IMG/VR virus record: IMGVR_UViG_3300028666_000026
Coordinates: 1 to 64,000 of that record
Reading direction: 5' to 3' (one strand)
DNA from: a virus
DNA: 64,000 nucleotides
Both the position numbers and the translations under genes were made by a program. Below, piece after piece: positions 28,872-39,310 of the stretch. The notes beneath the pieces are model-generated. The model had not been told where the DNA came from and searched no databases. It worked only from the letters and a program-made list of their open reading frames with translations. How positions within the stretch are numbered: the first letter of the stretch is position 1; every line of letters starts with the position of its first letter.

Positions 28872-29393
28872 TCAGTCCTCCATCATCCCCAAAATCGCCA
28901 GGGCCTTCTCTGGCACGAACAGCCGGGTGCCATTGGCTCGCACCCAACTACGCAGCTCTGCGTGAGTGCGCAGCGCGTGTATGGCCTCTTGCTCTGTAAG
29001 GCCATGGCGCATCAACTGCCGGTCCCAGGCCGTGGGCGTAGGCTGCTGGACGGCGTACATAACTGGATTGTTAAACCTGCGCTGATACGCCGTGGCCATT
29101 TACTCCGTCCTCAACTGCAGCCACGCGCCGCAATGCCGGCAGCGCAACTCCAGGCCATCCAGGTTGCCAGCGTCTATTGACGCCTTGGTGCAGCTGGGGC
29201 ACCTGTACTCGGTCCACAGTGCGGCCTCGGTACGTATGCCTAGCACCTCCAGGGGCGCGCCTTCCTGCGTGATAAGGTTGCTGGGGTGCACCCAGGTGCG
29301 CTCGCCACCTTCGGCCTGTATCTCCACACGACCGAACATATCCTTGACGCCATTACCCAATACTTGCGCTTGCGCGCCGTTGAACGTTGTCAT

Positions 29394-29579
29394 TCAGTTC
29401 TCCTTCAAAAGATCGATCAGTGTAGCTACTAACAAACCACAAATGACTAGCGCGCCGCCCAGAACTACACCAATTCGTAGGAGTAAATTTGGTGAGACTA
29501 GTAGCGCAGGTGTGCTAGTGGCAAATACTGCCGCGCCAATAACTGCGACAATCTTAGCTAGCTTTTGCATTGCCCACAC
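29394..29579 (-). CDS. small membrane protein
   Basis: 61 aa, two hydrophobic segments. Confidence 0.35.
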   Translation of the reverse strand: MWAMQKLAKIVAVIGAAVFATSTPALLVSPNLLLRIGVVLGGALVICGLLVATLIDLLKEN

Positions 29580-30407
29580 ACTCCGTGATAGTTTCTATTT
29601 CCAATCGTATGCTGTTACGGCGTGATATTTCGGTACGACAGCCACATTCCACGATAAGGTTGCCGTCGCCGTCTGTCGCAGGATGATCGCAAGGAGCCGT
29701 CAACCGCGCCAGCATTTCCTCGCACTGTTCGCGTGTTTCGGCTCCGAAGCCAAATACTAGGTTCTCCGGTCCACGTATGTTCTCCTGGAAGTCAATGATG
29801 GTGTAGAAAACCGTGTGTCGAAAATTGAATGGCTTTGTGCAGATGGCGAATCTCTCATTAGATGCCTGCACAGTGTACCTACCATGTTCATCGCTGAACT
29901 TAATCTTCGAGCCCACCTGTAGTTTCATCCTTTACCTCCGTGTGCTCAGGTATTGCTACTCCAATTACCGTTGTGAGCCATGCGATTATGGCGTGTGCTT
30001 TGACCCGCGAGGTGCACTCATACATACCGAACTCGCCCCTGCTAGGGTCCATAAGAATGGCCGTTAGGTTATCAATGGTGAATGCACTCCCGTAGAGGTA
30101 GGCCAGCCGGTGGGCAGCAGCCTTCACTTCGTCGTCGGTTAGGACTCTGAGCATGGCGGCTCCTTGAGAGCAGTGGGCACCTTACGCTTCAGTTTCATCT
30201 TCAAACTGTGAATGCGTTTCCCTTGACGGTTTATCGTGCGGCCATATTTCTGCACTTCGGCGCGGAGTGTTGCGTTCTGCTGAAGCAAGCGCACTCTATC
30301 GCTATTGAGAGCGGTAATGTTGACGACTTCGCTAACAATTCGCCGCGTCACCACGATGTACAGAGCTATTACCCCTACTCCAGACAGTGACACTAGAAAC
30401 CACGCCA

Positions 30408-31487
30408 TCACTCCTCCTTCCCGGCGCTCTCTGCGAGAGCGGCGCGGGCACGCTCCAATGTATCTAGTCCACCTGGGAACTCTGCATCTGCACGGTGGTC
30501 CTTGCCATCTCCTTCGCCACACACGCCAAGTTTAGCGAGCGCGAATGCTAAATTCTCAGCGCAGTCTTGCAGCGCCTCCCGCAGCTTCTCCCTCACCGCA
30601 TCGGGCGCAGGGCTGGGCGGGATGGACTGAGCGCGGGTGGGGAAGAATATGGGCTGTGCTTCGAGCCGGTCCACCTTTACCCACCCATCCTCTAAATCCC
30701 AGTGAGCCCCTTCGCGTTGCTGTTCTTCACAATAATCATCCCAATCATCCAGATAGCCGCCAGCATCGCAGTTAGCGTCCTTGCAGCAACAGAAGACATC
30801 GTGAATAGCTGCTCGTAAATTCGGCCATTGAACCAACAAACACATTGGGCCGTCTGAGCCGCTGGAAACCAAATACCACTCCTCATCGCTCACCGGCCTT
30901 GTCAAATTGGCATTCTGAGCGCGGAGAGTGGCGTTCTCGGCTTCAATCACGCACATCAAGCATCGATATTTCATCGGTGGATCGCCGTCGCGCGTGTCTG
31001 GGTCATAGTTGTCTTCACTCATAGGCCAATTCTCATCTTGGTTGAACGCTATTGGATGACCGCACGAACGCTTGTCATGCGCGGTTTGCCATCCTCGGCA
31101 TTCGGCCTCGTGCTCCAAGTCCCACATCAAATCCGGTAAGTAGAAATCGTGGATGGATAGGTGTTTTGCATCGAACCACGCTCTAGACCACGCTGCTAAT
31201 TGTGTTTTGCGTTGAGCAACAGAACCTTCATGGCGTGGTATTTTCAGCCTCTCGCACTCGGCTTGGCTCGCGAGAAGCTGGGCCTTGAGCACATCGTAGT
31301 TGGCCTTCGTGGTCCACTGCTCGCCCTGAATACGCATGTCACCGCCGCGCATCCAACCAGCCTCGTTGGGGTTGGGTTCAAAGTATTCTGGTATTGGTTC
31401 AAATCCAAACTCCGACACCTTCGCTTCATTCGTCATGATTGGCTGCTCCTGACTTACTCTGCTCGTTGGCGCAGTTAGTGCAACCAA
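30408..31487 (-). CDS. hypothetical acidic Trp-rich protein
   Basis: 359-aa ORF. Confidence 0.45.
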   Translation of the reverse strand: MVALTAPTSRVSQEQPIMTNEAKVSEFGFEPIPEYFEPNPNEAGWMRGGDMRIQGEQWTTKANYDVLKAQLLASQAECERLKIPRHEGSVAQRKTQLAAWSRAWFDAKHLSIHDFYLPDLMWDLEHEAECRGWQTAHDKRSCGHPIAFNQDENWPMSEDNYDPDTRDGDPPMKYRCLMCVIEAENATLRAQNANLTRPVSDEEWYLVSSGSDGPMCLLVQWPNLRAAIHDVFCCCKDANCDAGGYLDDWDDYCEEQQREGAHWDLEDGWVKVDRLEAQPIFFPTRAQSIPPSPAPDAVREKLREALQDCAENLAFALAKLGVCGEGDGKDHRADAEFPGGLDTLERARAALAESAGKEE

Positions 31488-31991
31488 GGAGAGTCTGCGT
31501 ACATGGGCTAACGCTCACGCGAGTACCCATGAACACGCCGAGTTTTACTAACTTCTGCGCGTGCTCATCACAAGCCGGAATATCGTTTCCGGGCCAATGA
31601 ACAATTTGTGTCGCTGATTGCATTTTCTCCGCTCCCTCACCCTCTCTGTCTCGCTCAGGGCCTGCGCATCCCGCGTTGCTTTGCTTTCTTTTTCGTCGGC
31701 CTCTTGGGCTGCTGCTTCACTGTTTGCAGCGCAAACGAGATGCGCAGTTGTTGGAGTGCTGTAGTCAGCATCCCAAATGCAATCGGAAAAGGTATTTCAC
31801 CTTCTAGGTCCGTGCGGAGTTGCAAATTCTCGTCCATCGTTAATATGATCCTCATCCCCTCCCCTTCCCTCAATCGCCATGCTTAAGCATGACCTAGAAC
31901 GCCATGATCCGTTCGGCTACCTGAACCCGATCCGTAAGATTTACTCACAATCTCCTCCAAACTTCCCTCGCCAGCGCGATGACTGCGTGGG

Positions 31992-32369
31992 TCATGGCTT
32001 AGCCTTCCTGCTGGCTCCATCGATCACGCCTCGTATGAACTCTTTGGTGTCTTGCTGGTGCTGTTCAAGAGTCCGCAGCCGAGCTTCGTGAATGTCGTTC
32101 AACTTGGTAAGAATACGAATTGAATCCACCATCGCCTGCCATTCCCGCTCCGTGACCTCGTGCATGTCGTCAGCACAGTGCGGGTCATAGCAACTATTCG
32201 GCATGGAATCGGCGCACCACTGTGATGGGTAATCGACGCGCTGATACTTCCCACACTTGAGAACGCCACCCAGTGCGCGGACATTGGGCGCTGGTTTAAG
32301 AGGCGCAATCGTTGGATTCTGCCCCCACGCCGTCATCCCCATCATCAGAAGAATTGTGATCAACTTCAT
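31992..32369 (-). CDS. putative lipoprotein/secreted protein
   Basis: Signal peptide MKLITILLMMGMTAWG; Cys-rich; C-terminal KAKP; paralog of next gene. Confidence 0.45.
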   Translation of the reverse strand: MKLITILLMMGMTAWGQNPTIAPLKPAPNVRALGGVLKCGKYQRVDYPSQWCADSMPNSCYDPHCADDMHEVTEREWQAMVDSIRILTKLNDIHEARLRTLEQHQQDTKEFIRGVIDGASRKAKP

Positions 32370-32713
32370 GGCTTGGCCTTCTTTGATTTACAGAATTTGT
32401 TATCCTTGATGCGGTACTGTTTTGGGTTGTCGATATACGAAGGCGCGCTATCAACCATAGCGTTGACTTGCGCCTCTAGGTCACACACTGTCCTACATAC
32501 TGGCCCGCTTCTTACCGGAGTGTATGCGAGACTCATCATCTCCACTTCACATTGATAGACGCGCGCGGTGAAACTGTTGGTGATCACGGTGTAGTGATTG
32601 AGCCACATAGCCTGCTCGAACGAGTGATCTTCCCGCGCAGGCCGCATTGGCGCGTATTTATCTGGCCCACACCCACATAAACCTATCATCAGAACTGCGA
32701 TCAGTAGCTTCAT
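32366..32713 (-). CDS. putative lipoprotein
   Basis: MKLLIAVLMIGLCGC lipobox-like; shares AMVDS and KAKP with neighbour. Confidence 0.45.
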   Translation of the reverse strand: MKLLIAVLMIGLCGCGPDKYAPMRPAREDHSFEQAMWLNHYTVITNSFTARVYQCEVEMMSLAYTPVRSGPVCRTVCDLEAQVNAMVDSAPSYIDNPKQYRIKDNKFCKSKKAKP

Positions 32714-33157
32714 GGCTTCGGCTCCAGCAGGGCGAGAATTTTGTCTGCGATTTCAGGCGCACGGTCTGGATACTGCTTCAGCACGTCAATCACCTTCTCC
32801 CGCAGCGTCGGCTCGGGCGCGATCAGGGCGCGGCGATTGCGGATGAGTATCCCACCTGATCGCGAGTGAGAGCAAGCCACGCTCCATCGCCTCTCAGTGT
32901 GAATGGATTCGCTCCGTCGAATTCCTCATCCGTCACCGGCCCCAGCACCCTCTTCAGATCCTCCTCGTGCATCTTCTGGAACACACTGAATGCTCCGCGC
33001 ATCCAGCGCCTGTTGTACTCATCTGGTTTAAAGCAGGATGTCCCACACGCTGCGTAGCCCGCCCTGACTGCGGCATCAATCACCTCATCGCTAATCTTCA
33101 TCGTGCTTCTCCTTCTTCCGATCCTCAGCCCTGCGCTCCGCCCCGCGCGTCTCAACT

Positions 33158-33727
33158 CTACGTTGTCCAGATACTGTCGATCACGCTAAAGCGCGGAACT
33201 AGTCTGTTCACTGCCGCGCTGACGCCCGGGAAACCTTCCGGATCGTAGTCGTGCCCGGCAAGCACGCCGTTGGTCGACAGTAGTGGCCGCCACGCTTCGA
33301 TGTCAGCGGTCACCGAAGCCTCGTCGTGCGCTGCGTCGATGAATATGAAGTCGAACTTAGTGCTAGTCCTGACAAAATCCGCTGCCGCAGCTAAACTGGG
33401 CATTGGTATTGGGTGCACATTGGGGTAGCGCGCTGTGTTCCACAGGAATGCTTTGAATACCCAGTCAGGCTCGTCCGGGTGTGCGGCGTACTCGGCGCTC
33501 AATTCGTCGTACGGCTTCCAAGGGTCCACGGCATACACTGTGCCGCTGGTGTTGGCCGCTAGCGTGACAGTACTCCGCCCTTGCCAGCAGCCTATCTCCA
33601 CAATGAGTCTGGACCGCCGAGCCACGCTGGCCAGATACAGCAGCTCCGCATTGCTCATCCAGCCCGGCACACCCATGGATGGGCTGATGTCTACTCCGGC
33701 GCGCAGCAGCTCCAGATAGTCGGTCAC
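33158..33727 (-). CDS. class I SAM-dependent methyltransferase (O-MT family 3-like)
   Basis: Motif I VEIGCWQGRST, post-I VYAVD, motif IV FDFIFIDAAH. Confidence 0.75.
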   Translation of the reverse strand: MTDYLELLRAGVDISPSMGVPGWMSNAELLYLASVARRSRLIVEIGCWQGRSTVTLAANTSGTVYAVDPWKPYDELSAEYAAHPDEPDWVFKAFLWNTARYPNVHPIPMPSLAAAADFVRTSTKFDFIFIDAAHDEASVTADIEAWRPLLSTNGVLAGHDYDPEGFPGVSAAVNRLVPRFSVIDSIWTT

Positions 33728-33963
33728 GCGCGCAGTCCTTTCTTCGCAGCTTCGCGATCATGGTCCCAACGTGCTGTCATGTCGGCAGCCCAACGTGCTA
33801 CCACGTCGGCGGGCAACTCGCCTGGCTGCACTGTCACATCAATGTCGTTGAACTTGAAGTGGACCGGCTTGGCCCGACTACTTGCCAGCGCCACTGCTTT
33901 CTCGCACACACTATTAATATGCTCACCCGCAAAAAACTCATCTAGCTCCAGATAGTCGGTCAT
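33724..33963 (-). CDS. hypothetical protein sharing N-terminus MTDYLEL with downstream methyltransferase
   Basis: 79 aa; 46-bp direct repeat spans both start regions. Confidence 0.4.
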   Translation of the reverse strand: MTDYLELDEFFAGEHINSVCEKAVALASSRAKPVHFKFNDIDVTVQPGELPADVVARWAADMTARWDHDREAAKKGLRA

Positions 33964-34170
33964 GTACGTAGTCCTTTCTTCGCAGATCTTGACTCTAATT
34001 CAGTTTTGACATCTCGCATCAAAGTCAAAATTCGTTTTCGTGGACTACTTTCTTGTTGAGCAGCTCTAGTAAGGACCAATTTTTGTCCTCCGAGTGCTGC
34101 TGGGTAATGTTCAACGCTTTGACTAAAGTCTCCTGGATTGCGATTCCGGATTTTAGATCATTGAGTTCTT

Positions 34171-34749
34171 TTATTGACATGTCGTCCCCAATCCGCAGAA
34201 TTGCCATGCTCCGTTCGGCAGGCATTGCCGCCATGTGCCATACGCGTCTGTCACTATGCGTGGGTACTCGCCGGGCGGTGTCAGGAAGTGGAACCAGTCC
34301 GCCGGGTAGTAGATGGGCGACGATGACTGCTGGTAGTTCCAATCAGTTATGATTGGCTTGACAGCCACAATGGCCTTGTAGTCCTCGCTGAACTCGAACC
34401 CGGCCTCCCAGCCAATCTTGTACACACCGTCGCACACGGGTAGGCTATGCAGTCCCGCATGGTAACTGAACACTCTGGGCGATGGATAGACGCCGCATAT
34501 GCCTGAAATCAGATAGCGCCGGGTAATACGTTCGCGCAACTCGCCACGCCGCACCTCCAGCGCAGCTTCCTGCAGTTGTATAGACCGAGCCTCGGTGGCG
34601 TCATCCGTGTCTAGCACGATCACCTTGGCTAGCGACGAATCTCCCGGCTGCTGAGTTACCTGGGCCGCAGCAATGCGAACCGCGTTGGCGGCAGTTAGTA
34701 GCAGGGTCAGGACGGCGACGCGTGCTGTGGTACGCAAGTGGCCGCTCAT
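34171..34749 (-). CDS. secreted protein (signal peptide)
   Basis: MSGHLRTTARVAVLTLLLTAANAVRIAAAQ signal-like N-terminus. Confidence 0.45.
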   Translation of the reverse strand: MSGHLRTTARVAVLTLLLTAANAVRIAAAQVTQQPGDSSLAKVIVLDTDDATEARSIQLQEAALEVRRGELRERITRRYLISGICGVYPSPRVFSYHAGLHSLPVCDGVYKIGWEAGFEFSEDYKAIVAVKPIITDWNYQQSSSPIYYPADWFHFLTPPGEYPRIVTDAYGTWRQCLPNGAWQFCGLGTTCQ

Positions 34750-35315
34750 GCTTCCGCGTCCTTGCCCTGTATGCCTTGTATACTGGCCGCGCCCTCGGGT
34801 GCACGCTCATCGTCCAGGTCTGGGACGTCATCTGGAGTGTCGGCTTGGCGTGCTTCGTCCAGCACCTCGCGCGCTTCCTTGAGAACCGCCTTGGCGTGAT
34901 CCAGCATGCTGTGAGCCTCAGCCTTCACTTTGGCCTGCGTAGCACGTATTGCCACAAGCAGCACCAGCGCGAACAGGGTGGCAGCATAGCAACAGCTAAA
35001 TGGCGTACTCAGCGATTCCACATAGCTGTGGTGCTCGCGCACATAGGTCAGACTATTTGTGGCCGCGTCAGCACCCGCCGTGTATGCCATACAAGCATCG
35101 CCAGTCTTAAACGGGCAGCCTGGAATGTCAGATGTGGGCCAGAAGTACAACGGACCAGCATCGTCCGACGCGGGTGGTGCGGAGGTGGAACCGTCTGATG
35201 TGTACATGGCGTAGGACGGCGTGGTGGAACACAGTATGTCGGTGCCGGGTGACTTGAGCACTGCGCCGTTAGTTATGACACACGTGGGTAATGTGGTAGT
35301 CATTTCTTGCTGCAT
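34746..35315 (-). CDS. membrane-anchored protein
   Basis: Central TM LFALVLLVAI, acidic C-terminal tail; first gene after motif copy 4. Confidence 0.45.
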   Translation of the reverse strand: MQQEMTTTLPTCVITNGAVLKSPGTDILCSTTPSYAMYTSDGSTSAPPASDDAGPLYFWPTSDIPGCPFKTGDACMAYTAGADAATNSLTYVREHHSYVESLSTPFSCCYAATLFALVLLVAIRATQAKVKAEAHSMLDHAKAVLKEAREVLDEARQADTPDDVPDLDDERAPEGAASIQGIQGKDAEA

Positions 35316-35428
35316 GTGTTCTCCTTGTCATAGATTCCTAATACACGTGCGATCAATACTGCGATTGCTAAACACAAAGTTACTGAGACTCGTGGCTTCA
35401 TAAGTAGTGACCTGGAACGCGTAGCTTA

Positions 35429-35450
35429 ATTATAAACCGGGCGGTTTAAG
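35429..35450 (-). promoter_or_regulatory. conserved early-region motif copy 4 (ATTATAAACCGGGCGGTTTAAG)
   Basis: Same flanks TTATAAAC / GGTTTAAG with different centre. Confidence 0.5.
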
Positions 35451-35855
35451 GTGGTCGGCGTGCGGGCACTAAGGGATGTTGATGCGCTGTAGTATGGCCG
35501 TTATCACGGTTAGATGTGCCGGGCCTAGCCGATAGGTGACGCCGTCCGACATGCGTATCAACACATCACTCTTTTCGGCCTCTACTGCCACGACTTGGTC
35601 TGGGTTGATATACACCGTTCTGCCGTCCACATTGTTGAACTGTACTAGAAGCATCTGAGTTCTCCTTACTGAATGATTTCTGTCATTGGTGTCGCGTCTA
35701 ACAATGTAACCGGCTCGTACCCAGGGCAGGGACAGTCCTCCGCCATGTTGGGCGAAGGATAGCTCGCCCTGACCATTCGCCGGCAACAGCCAAACTCCTC
35801 GTCATGATCCTCGCCGACATGGCCGCAGTGCTTGCATGGTGGGTGAGTTTCTTGG

Positions 35856-36125
35856 CTAGCTGTCATGGGCGCGCCTCTTCTTAGTCAAATTACGCACAAC
35901 CAGCTCCCGCGTAGTTATCTCCACCGCACCGCGCGCCACGGCCAGTTTGCGCTTGGACAAACAAATGTCGAAGTGCTCGCGATACGTACCAGCGTGCTGC
36001 AACCACCGGCGCTGCACACCAATAGCGTTGGCAGCGCTCAGTAATTCGTCGCTGGTATCGGCAATCATGTGGCACATAATCATGCCACGGTAAGCGGCGC
36101 GCATGTCGTCGACGAAGACGGTCAC
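35856..36125 (-). CDS. conserved hypothetical protein
   Basis: 89-aa ORF. Confidence 0.35.
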   Translation of the reverse strand: MTVFVDDMRAAYRGMIMCHMIADTSDELLSAANAIGVQRRWLQHAGTYREHFDICLSKRKLAVARGAVEITTRELVVRNLTKKRRAHDS

Positions 36126-36333
36126 TGACTACTCTCCCACTCCAAATTGCCGCCCCAGGTCCAGTGCAGCTTATGTGGCGTGGTGCGCCAGTGATCACAA
36201 CGATACTTACCTTCGTAGCGCGCCTCGCACCTGTGGGCGTCGTCAGGCATGACGTAACCCTCGTCCATGTTCACCAGCCAAGGTCTGCGCTCGGGTGGAA
36301 TTTCCACGTGCTGAGGTTCCATGTGCTGAGCTG

Positions 36334-38490
36334 TCACTGCACCTTCTCCTTCTTCGCCGCTGCTTGCTGCGATGGCGGCACGAACTGCGTGGGCCGCTCC
36401 TGCACGTAGCGCCGCGCGGCCTCGGTGCTAGTTATAGGGGCGCGCTCCAGGTTGTCGTTGCGTATTATCCAGAACGTGGATCGCGTATTGCCCAGCCGAC
36501 CGTTATTGTGCAGGGCCTTGCGGAAACCGGCGCGGTCCAGCGCAATGCCCACGGTGCGCAAACTAGCTCGCTTCCGCTCCTCGGGATCGTACAGCTTGAG
36601 TAGGTCATCGCTGGTGTAGATACTGAATGGGCCGGTAGCAGACGCGCTGGAGGGTCCAGCATACTTGGAGGCACTGGAGGGTGCTAGGTACTTATCCGGA
36701 TTGAGCTTCAGCGCCACGGCCCACGTGTCTACCTCTGAGCGGGAATTGGCTATGAGGTCCAGCTTGGCCTCGGTGTCGGGCGGCTCGGCAGTGGGGCTGA
36801 AGTCCCCCATGTCCAGTTCGTTAATCAGGTAGTAGGCCACGTGTGCAGCGCCCCCGTTACGCATCCACGCCATGAATTTCCGCCCATACTCGTCGCCAAC
36901 GGGTATCTCAGGAGCATGTATAACGAAGGTGCGCCGCTCACCCTGATCCAGCACAATGGCGACGGGGTCATTGCTGGTGAAGTAGTAATTAGCACAATCT
37001 GGAACCTCATACGATTCAATCCCCTTCCTATTGATACGCACTGTGCGACTAGTCAGCATGGACTTCAAATCGCCACTGGTGTGGCGCTTATCGTCCAGTG
37101 TTATCTCGTCACCGATGATAAACTGCTTGCCCTCGGCCCATCCGTTGAAGTCTGAGGTCAAGTGGCGCGACTTGATAGTAGCGCAGTTGAGTTCACCATA
37201 TATAGGTATCATGGCCTCGGCCATAAGGTTCTTGCCCGTGCCGCCCTTGTGGGACCAGACCAGCACACAGCTGAACATCTTGGTGCCAGGATGCACCAGT
37301 GGATAGGCCAACCACCGGCGGAACCACAGCTGCCGATCCACTGTCATGTCCGCTAGCATTCGTTTAAGCAAGTCCTCCCAAGGCTTAATGTCACCCTTGA
37401 CAGGCTTGACACCGCAATCCTGCCACATATTGAAGTCGCCTGTATGTGTTATACGCGGCTTGCCCGGTGCGTATGTAAGGTTGTTAACACGCGCTCGGCA
37501 ACGCCAGCTCAGCCACTCTTCCGCTGCAAATTTGAGCTTGGGCAGGCCTGGGTCGCCCTTGGAGTTGAGCGTGTACTCCATGTAAGCTCTGTCCTTGTAG
37601 AAGGCACGCGTGAATTGCTGTGGTGTCATGATCTTGGCGTCTTCCACGCGCACCACATTACCGCCAGCACCACCTGACCACAACAGGGCCACTTCCTCGT
37701 TTAATCTGTGCAGCTCTAAGCTGGCCTGCACAGGCTTGGCTGCCTTGACCAATGTATCCAGCGCTTCGGGCGAGTTAGCCAGCATAAAGTCGTCCACGCC
37801 CTGCTTGCCGCCATCTGAGCCCGGTGGAAGCTCTATCTCGTGCACAATCGCGCCGCGCGCTGTTAAGGCCAGAGCCAGACGGCTCAGGGCCAGCTGCACT
37901 AACGGCTTGGTGGCCGCGTCGCTGTCGAAGCATAGGTACACCACGCGCCCCTTCCAGACGAATTGCTCTAATATGGGTAGGAACTCCTGATGGCGGCGCT
38001 TACTCATCCAGCTGAACACACCGCCCAGGCCCATCATGATACGACCGTTGGCGCACACACAGGCTGCCTTCAGCTCGCCTTCGGTGATGTATACGTCGAC
38101 ACGTGGCTCCTTCATCACGTCAGCCCAGGTTACACCCTTGAGCAAGGGTGGCATGTAAACATGCAGCTCCGAGCCTGCCGGTTGTACGTATCTCAGCTTG
38201 CTGGGCTCTGCCAGCGAAGCGAATCCACTACCAGGTTTGGACACAGGCCAGAACCTGTATCGATAAAAGTCCTTGACCACTTTACCCTGCGGCGTGAAGT
38301 ACGGAATCTTGAACCCGGCCCAAGCTGGCATCACTCCCAGTTCTGCGGCCATCTGTTCCGTCATAGGTTCTATATGTAACGCCTTGGCGTGAGTGGTGGA
38401 CAGCAAACTGCTACGCAACTTTGCGCTTACTGCTTGCTTTACGGCTGCCAGATTGAGCGGGGGCATCTTCTTCCAGGTTCTCCAGAGCAA
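36334..38490 (-). CDS. primase/helicase (Toprim-like N-domain + D5-type SF3 helicase)
   Basis: Walker A WSHKGGTGKN, acidic Toprim-like CFDSD...DD region. Confidence 0.85.
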   Translation of the reverse strand: MLWRTWKKMPPLNLAAVKQAVSAKLRSSLLSTTHAKALHIEPMTEQMAAELGVMPAWAGFKIPYFTPQGKVVKDFYRYRFWPVSKPGSGFASLAEPSKLRYVQPAGSELHVYMPPLLKGVTWADVMKEPRVDVYITEGELKAACVCANGRIMMGLGGVFSWMSKRRHQEFLPILEQFVWKGRVVYLCFDSDAATKPLVQLALSRLALALTARGAIVHEIELPPGSDGGKQGVDDFMLANSPEALDTLVKAAKPVQASLELHRLNEEVALLWSGGAGGNVVRVEDAKIMTPQQFTRAFYKDRAYMEYTLNSKGDPGLPKLKFAAEEWLSWRCRARVNNLTYAPGKPRITHTGDFNMWQDCGVKPVKGDIKPWEDLLKRMLADMTVDRQLWFRRWLAYPLVHPGTKMFSCVLVWSHKGGTGKNLMAEAMIPIYGELNCATIKSRHLTSDFNGWAEGKQFIIGDEITLDDKRHTSGDLKSMLTSRTVRINRKGIESYEVPDCANYYFTSNDPVAIVLDQGERRTFVIHAPEIPVGDEYGRKFMAWMRNGGAAHVAYYLINELDMGDFSPTAEPPDTEAKLDLIANSRSEVDTWAVALKLNPDKYLAPSSASKYAGPSSASATGPFSIYTSDDLLKLYDPEERKRASLRTVGIALDRAGFRKALHNNGRLGNTRSTFWIIRNDNLERAPITSTEAARRYVQERPTQFVPPSQQAAAKKEKVQ

Positions 38491-38872
38491 TGCGTAGCAA
38501 AGCGTCCACGACTTGACTTGTACTTACATTACGTACGGCGTCATTCACTTCGTTCTTCCTACGATTATTGGTGCGCAGTGTCACCGTGAAGAACTTCCTG
38601 GTTACAGCGCGCGTGGCCACATTCAACATGCCATGCTCAATCAGAGCGTCGCCGTCCAGAGTGCTATTTAGTAAGTGTCTCAGTTCTGCGTAGTTTTCCT
38701 TCGTTAGTCCTCGCTTGTCGACCACTATGGGAGGGTCGACATGTTTCGGCTGAAGACCTAGTTTGATGCGTAGGTCCTTGTCTGCGGTCAAAGTCAGCAC
38801 CAATCTCTGCAAGGTGAACAGGATTTCGTCTGACAAATAGTAAGCCTGCACCCGCTTGTTCACGGTTCGCAT
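38411..38872 (-). CDS. hypothetical protein, first gene of leftward block
   Basis: 153 aa, directly downstream (minus sense) of the AT-rich switch region. Confidence 0.45.
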   Translation of the reverse strand: MRTVNKRVQAYYLSDEILFTLQRLVLTLTADKDLRIKLGLQPKHVDPPIVVDKRGLTKENYAELRHLLNSTLDGDALIEHGMLNVATRAVTRKFFTVTLRTNNRRKNEVNDAVRNVSTSQVVDALLRIALENLEEDAPAQSGSRKASSKRKVA

Positions 38873-38879
38873 TGCTAAC

Positions 38880-39310
38880 TCCTTTTAGGTTGTGATCAAA
38901 GCTATTAAGGGAGCCTTAATTATAGCCCGTCAGGCCGCGCGGCTAGTTTTGCAGGCTAATTACACGGTAAGTTAATAACCTACTACGCAGATTATTAACT
39001 GCAAAAGGGGTGAAAAAACGGGTTTTGCAAGGCCGTTTAAAAACACTGTTTAGTAGTTATTGTACTTAAACCCTTAAGAATGAACACCCCTTTTCAACTA
39101 TTTAAAACGGTGAGAATTGCCATATGTAAATCTCACTTGTGTATAGCGACTATACACAAGTTATTAATTAATAGCCTAGTGCTCTCGCGTATGGCGATCT
39201 GTATATATCATTAGTTAGTTAGTTTAATAGTTAGTAGTAGTGAATACTGTGGTTTAGAGAAAAAATTGTAACTAACATACACTAACGAAAAAGTGAAGTT
39301 GTTGAAAAAT
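38880..39310. other. AT-rich divergent switch region (candidate origin / divergent promoters)
   Basis: Sharp GC drop; perfect 11-bp palindrome CTTGTGTATAG-cga-CTATACACAAG (39136-39160); TAGT(T) microrepeats 39213-39243. Confidence 0.5.
38915..38950 (-). promoter_or_regulatory. variant motif copy 5 (TAATTATAG-GC palindrome-CTAGTTTTG)
   Basis: Shares TATAAT (minus) and AAAACTAGCC half with other copies; GCCGCGCGGC palindrome inserted. Confidence 0.35.
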
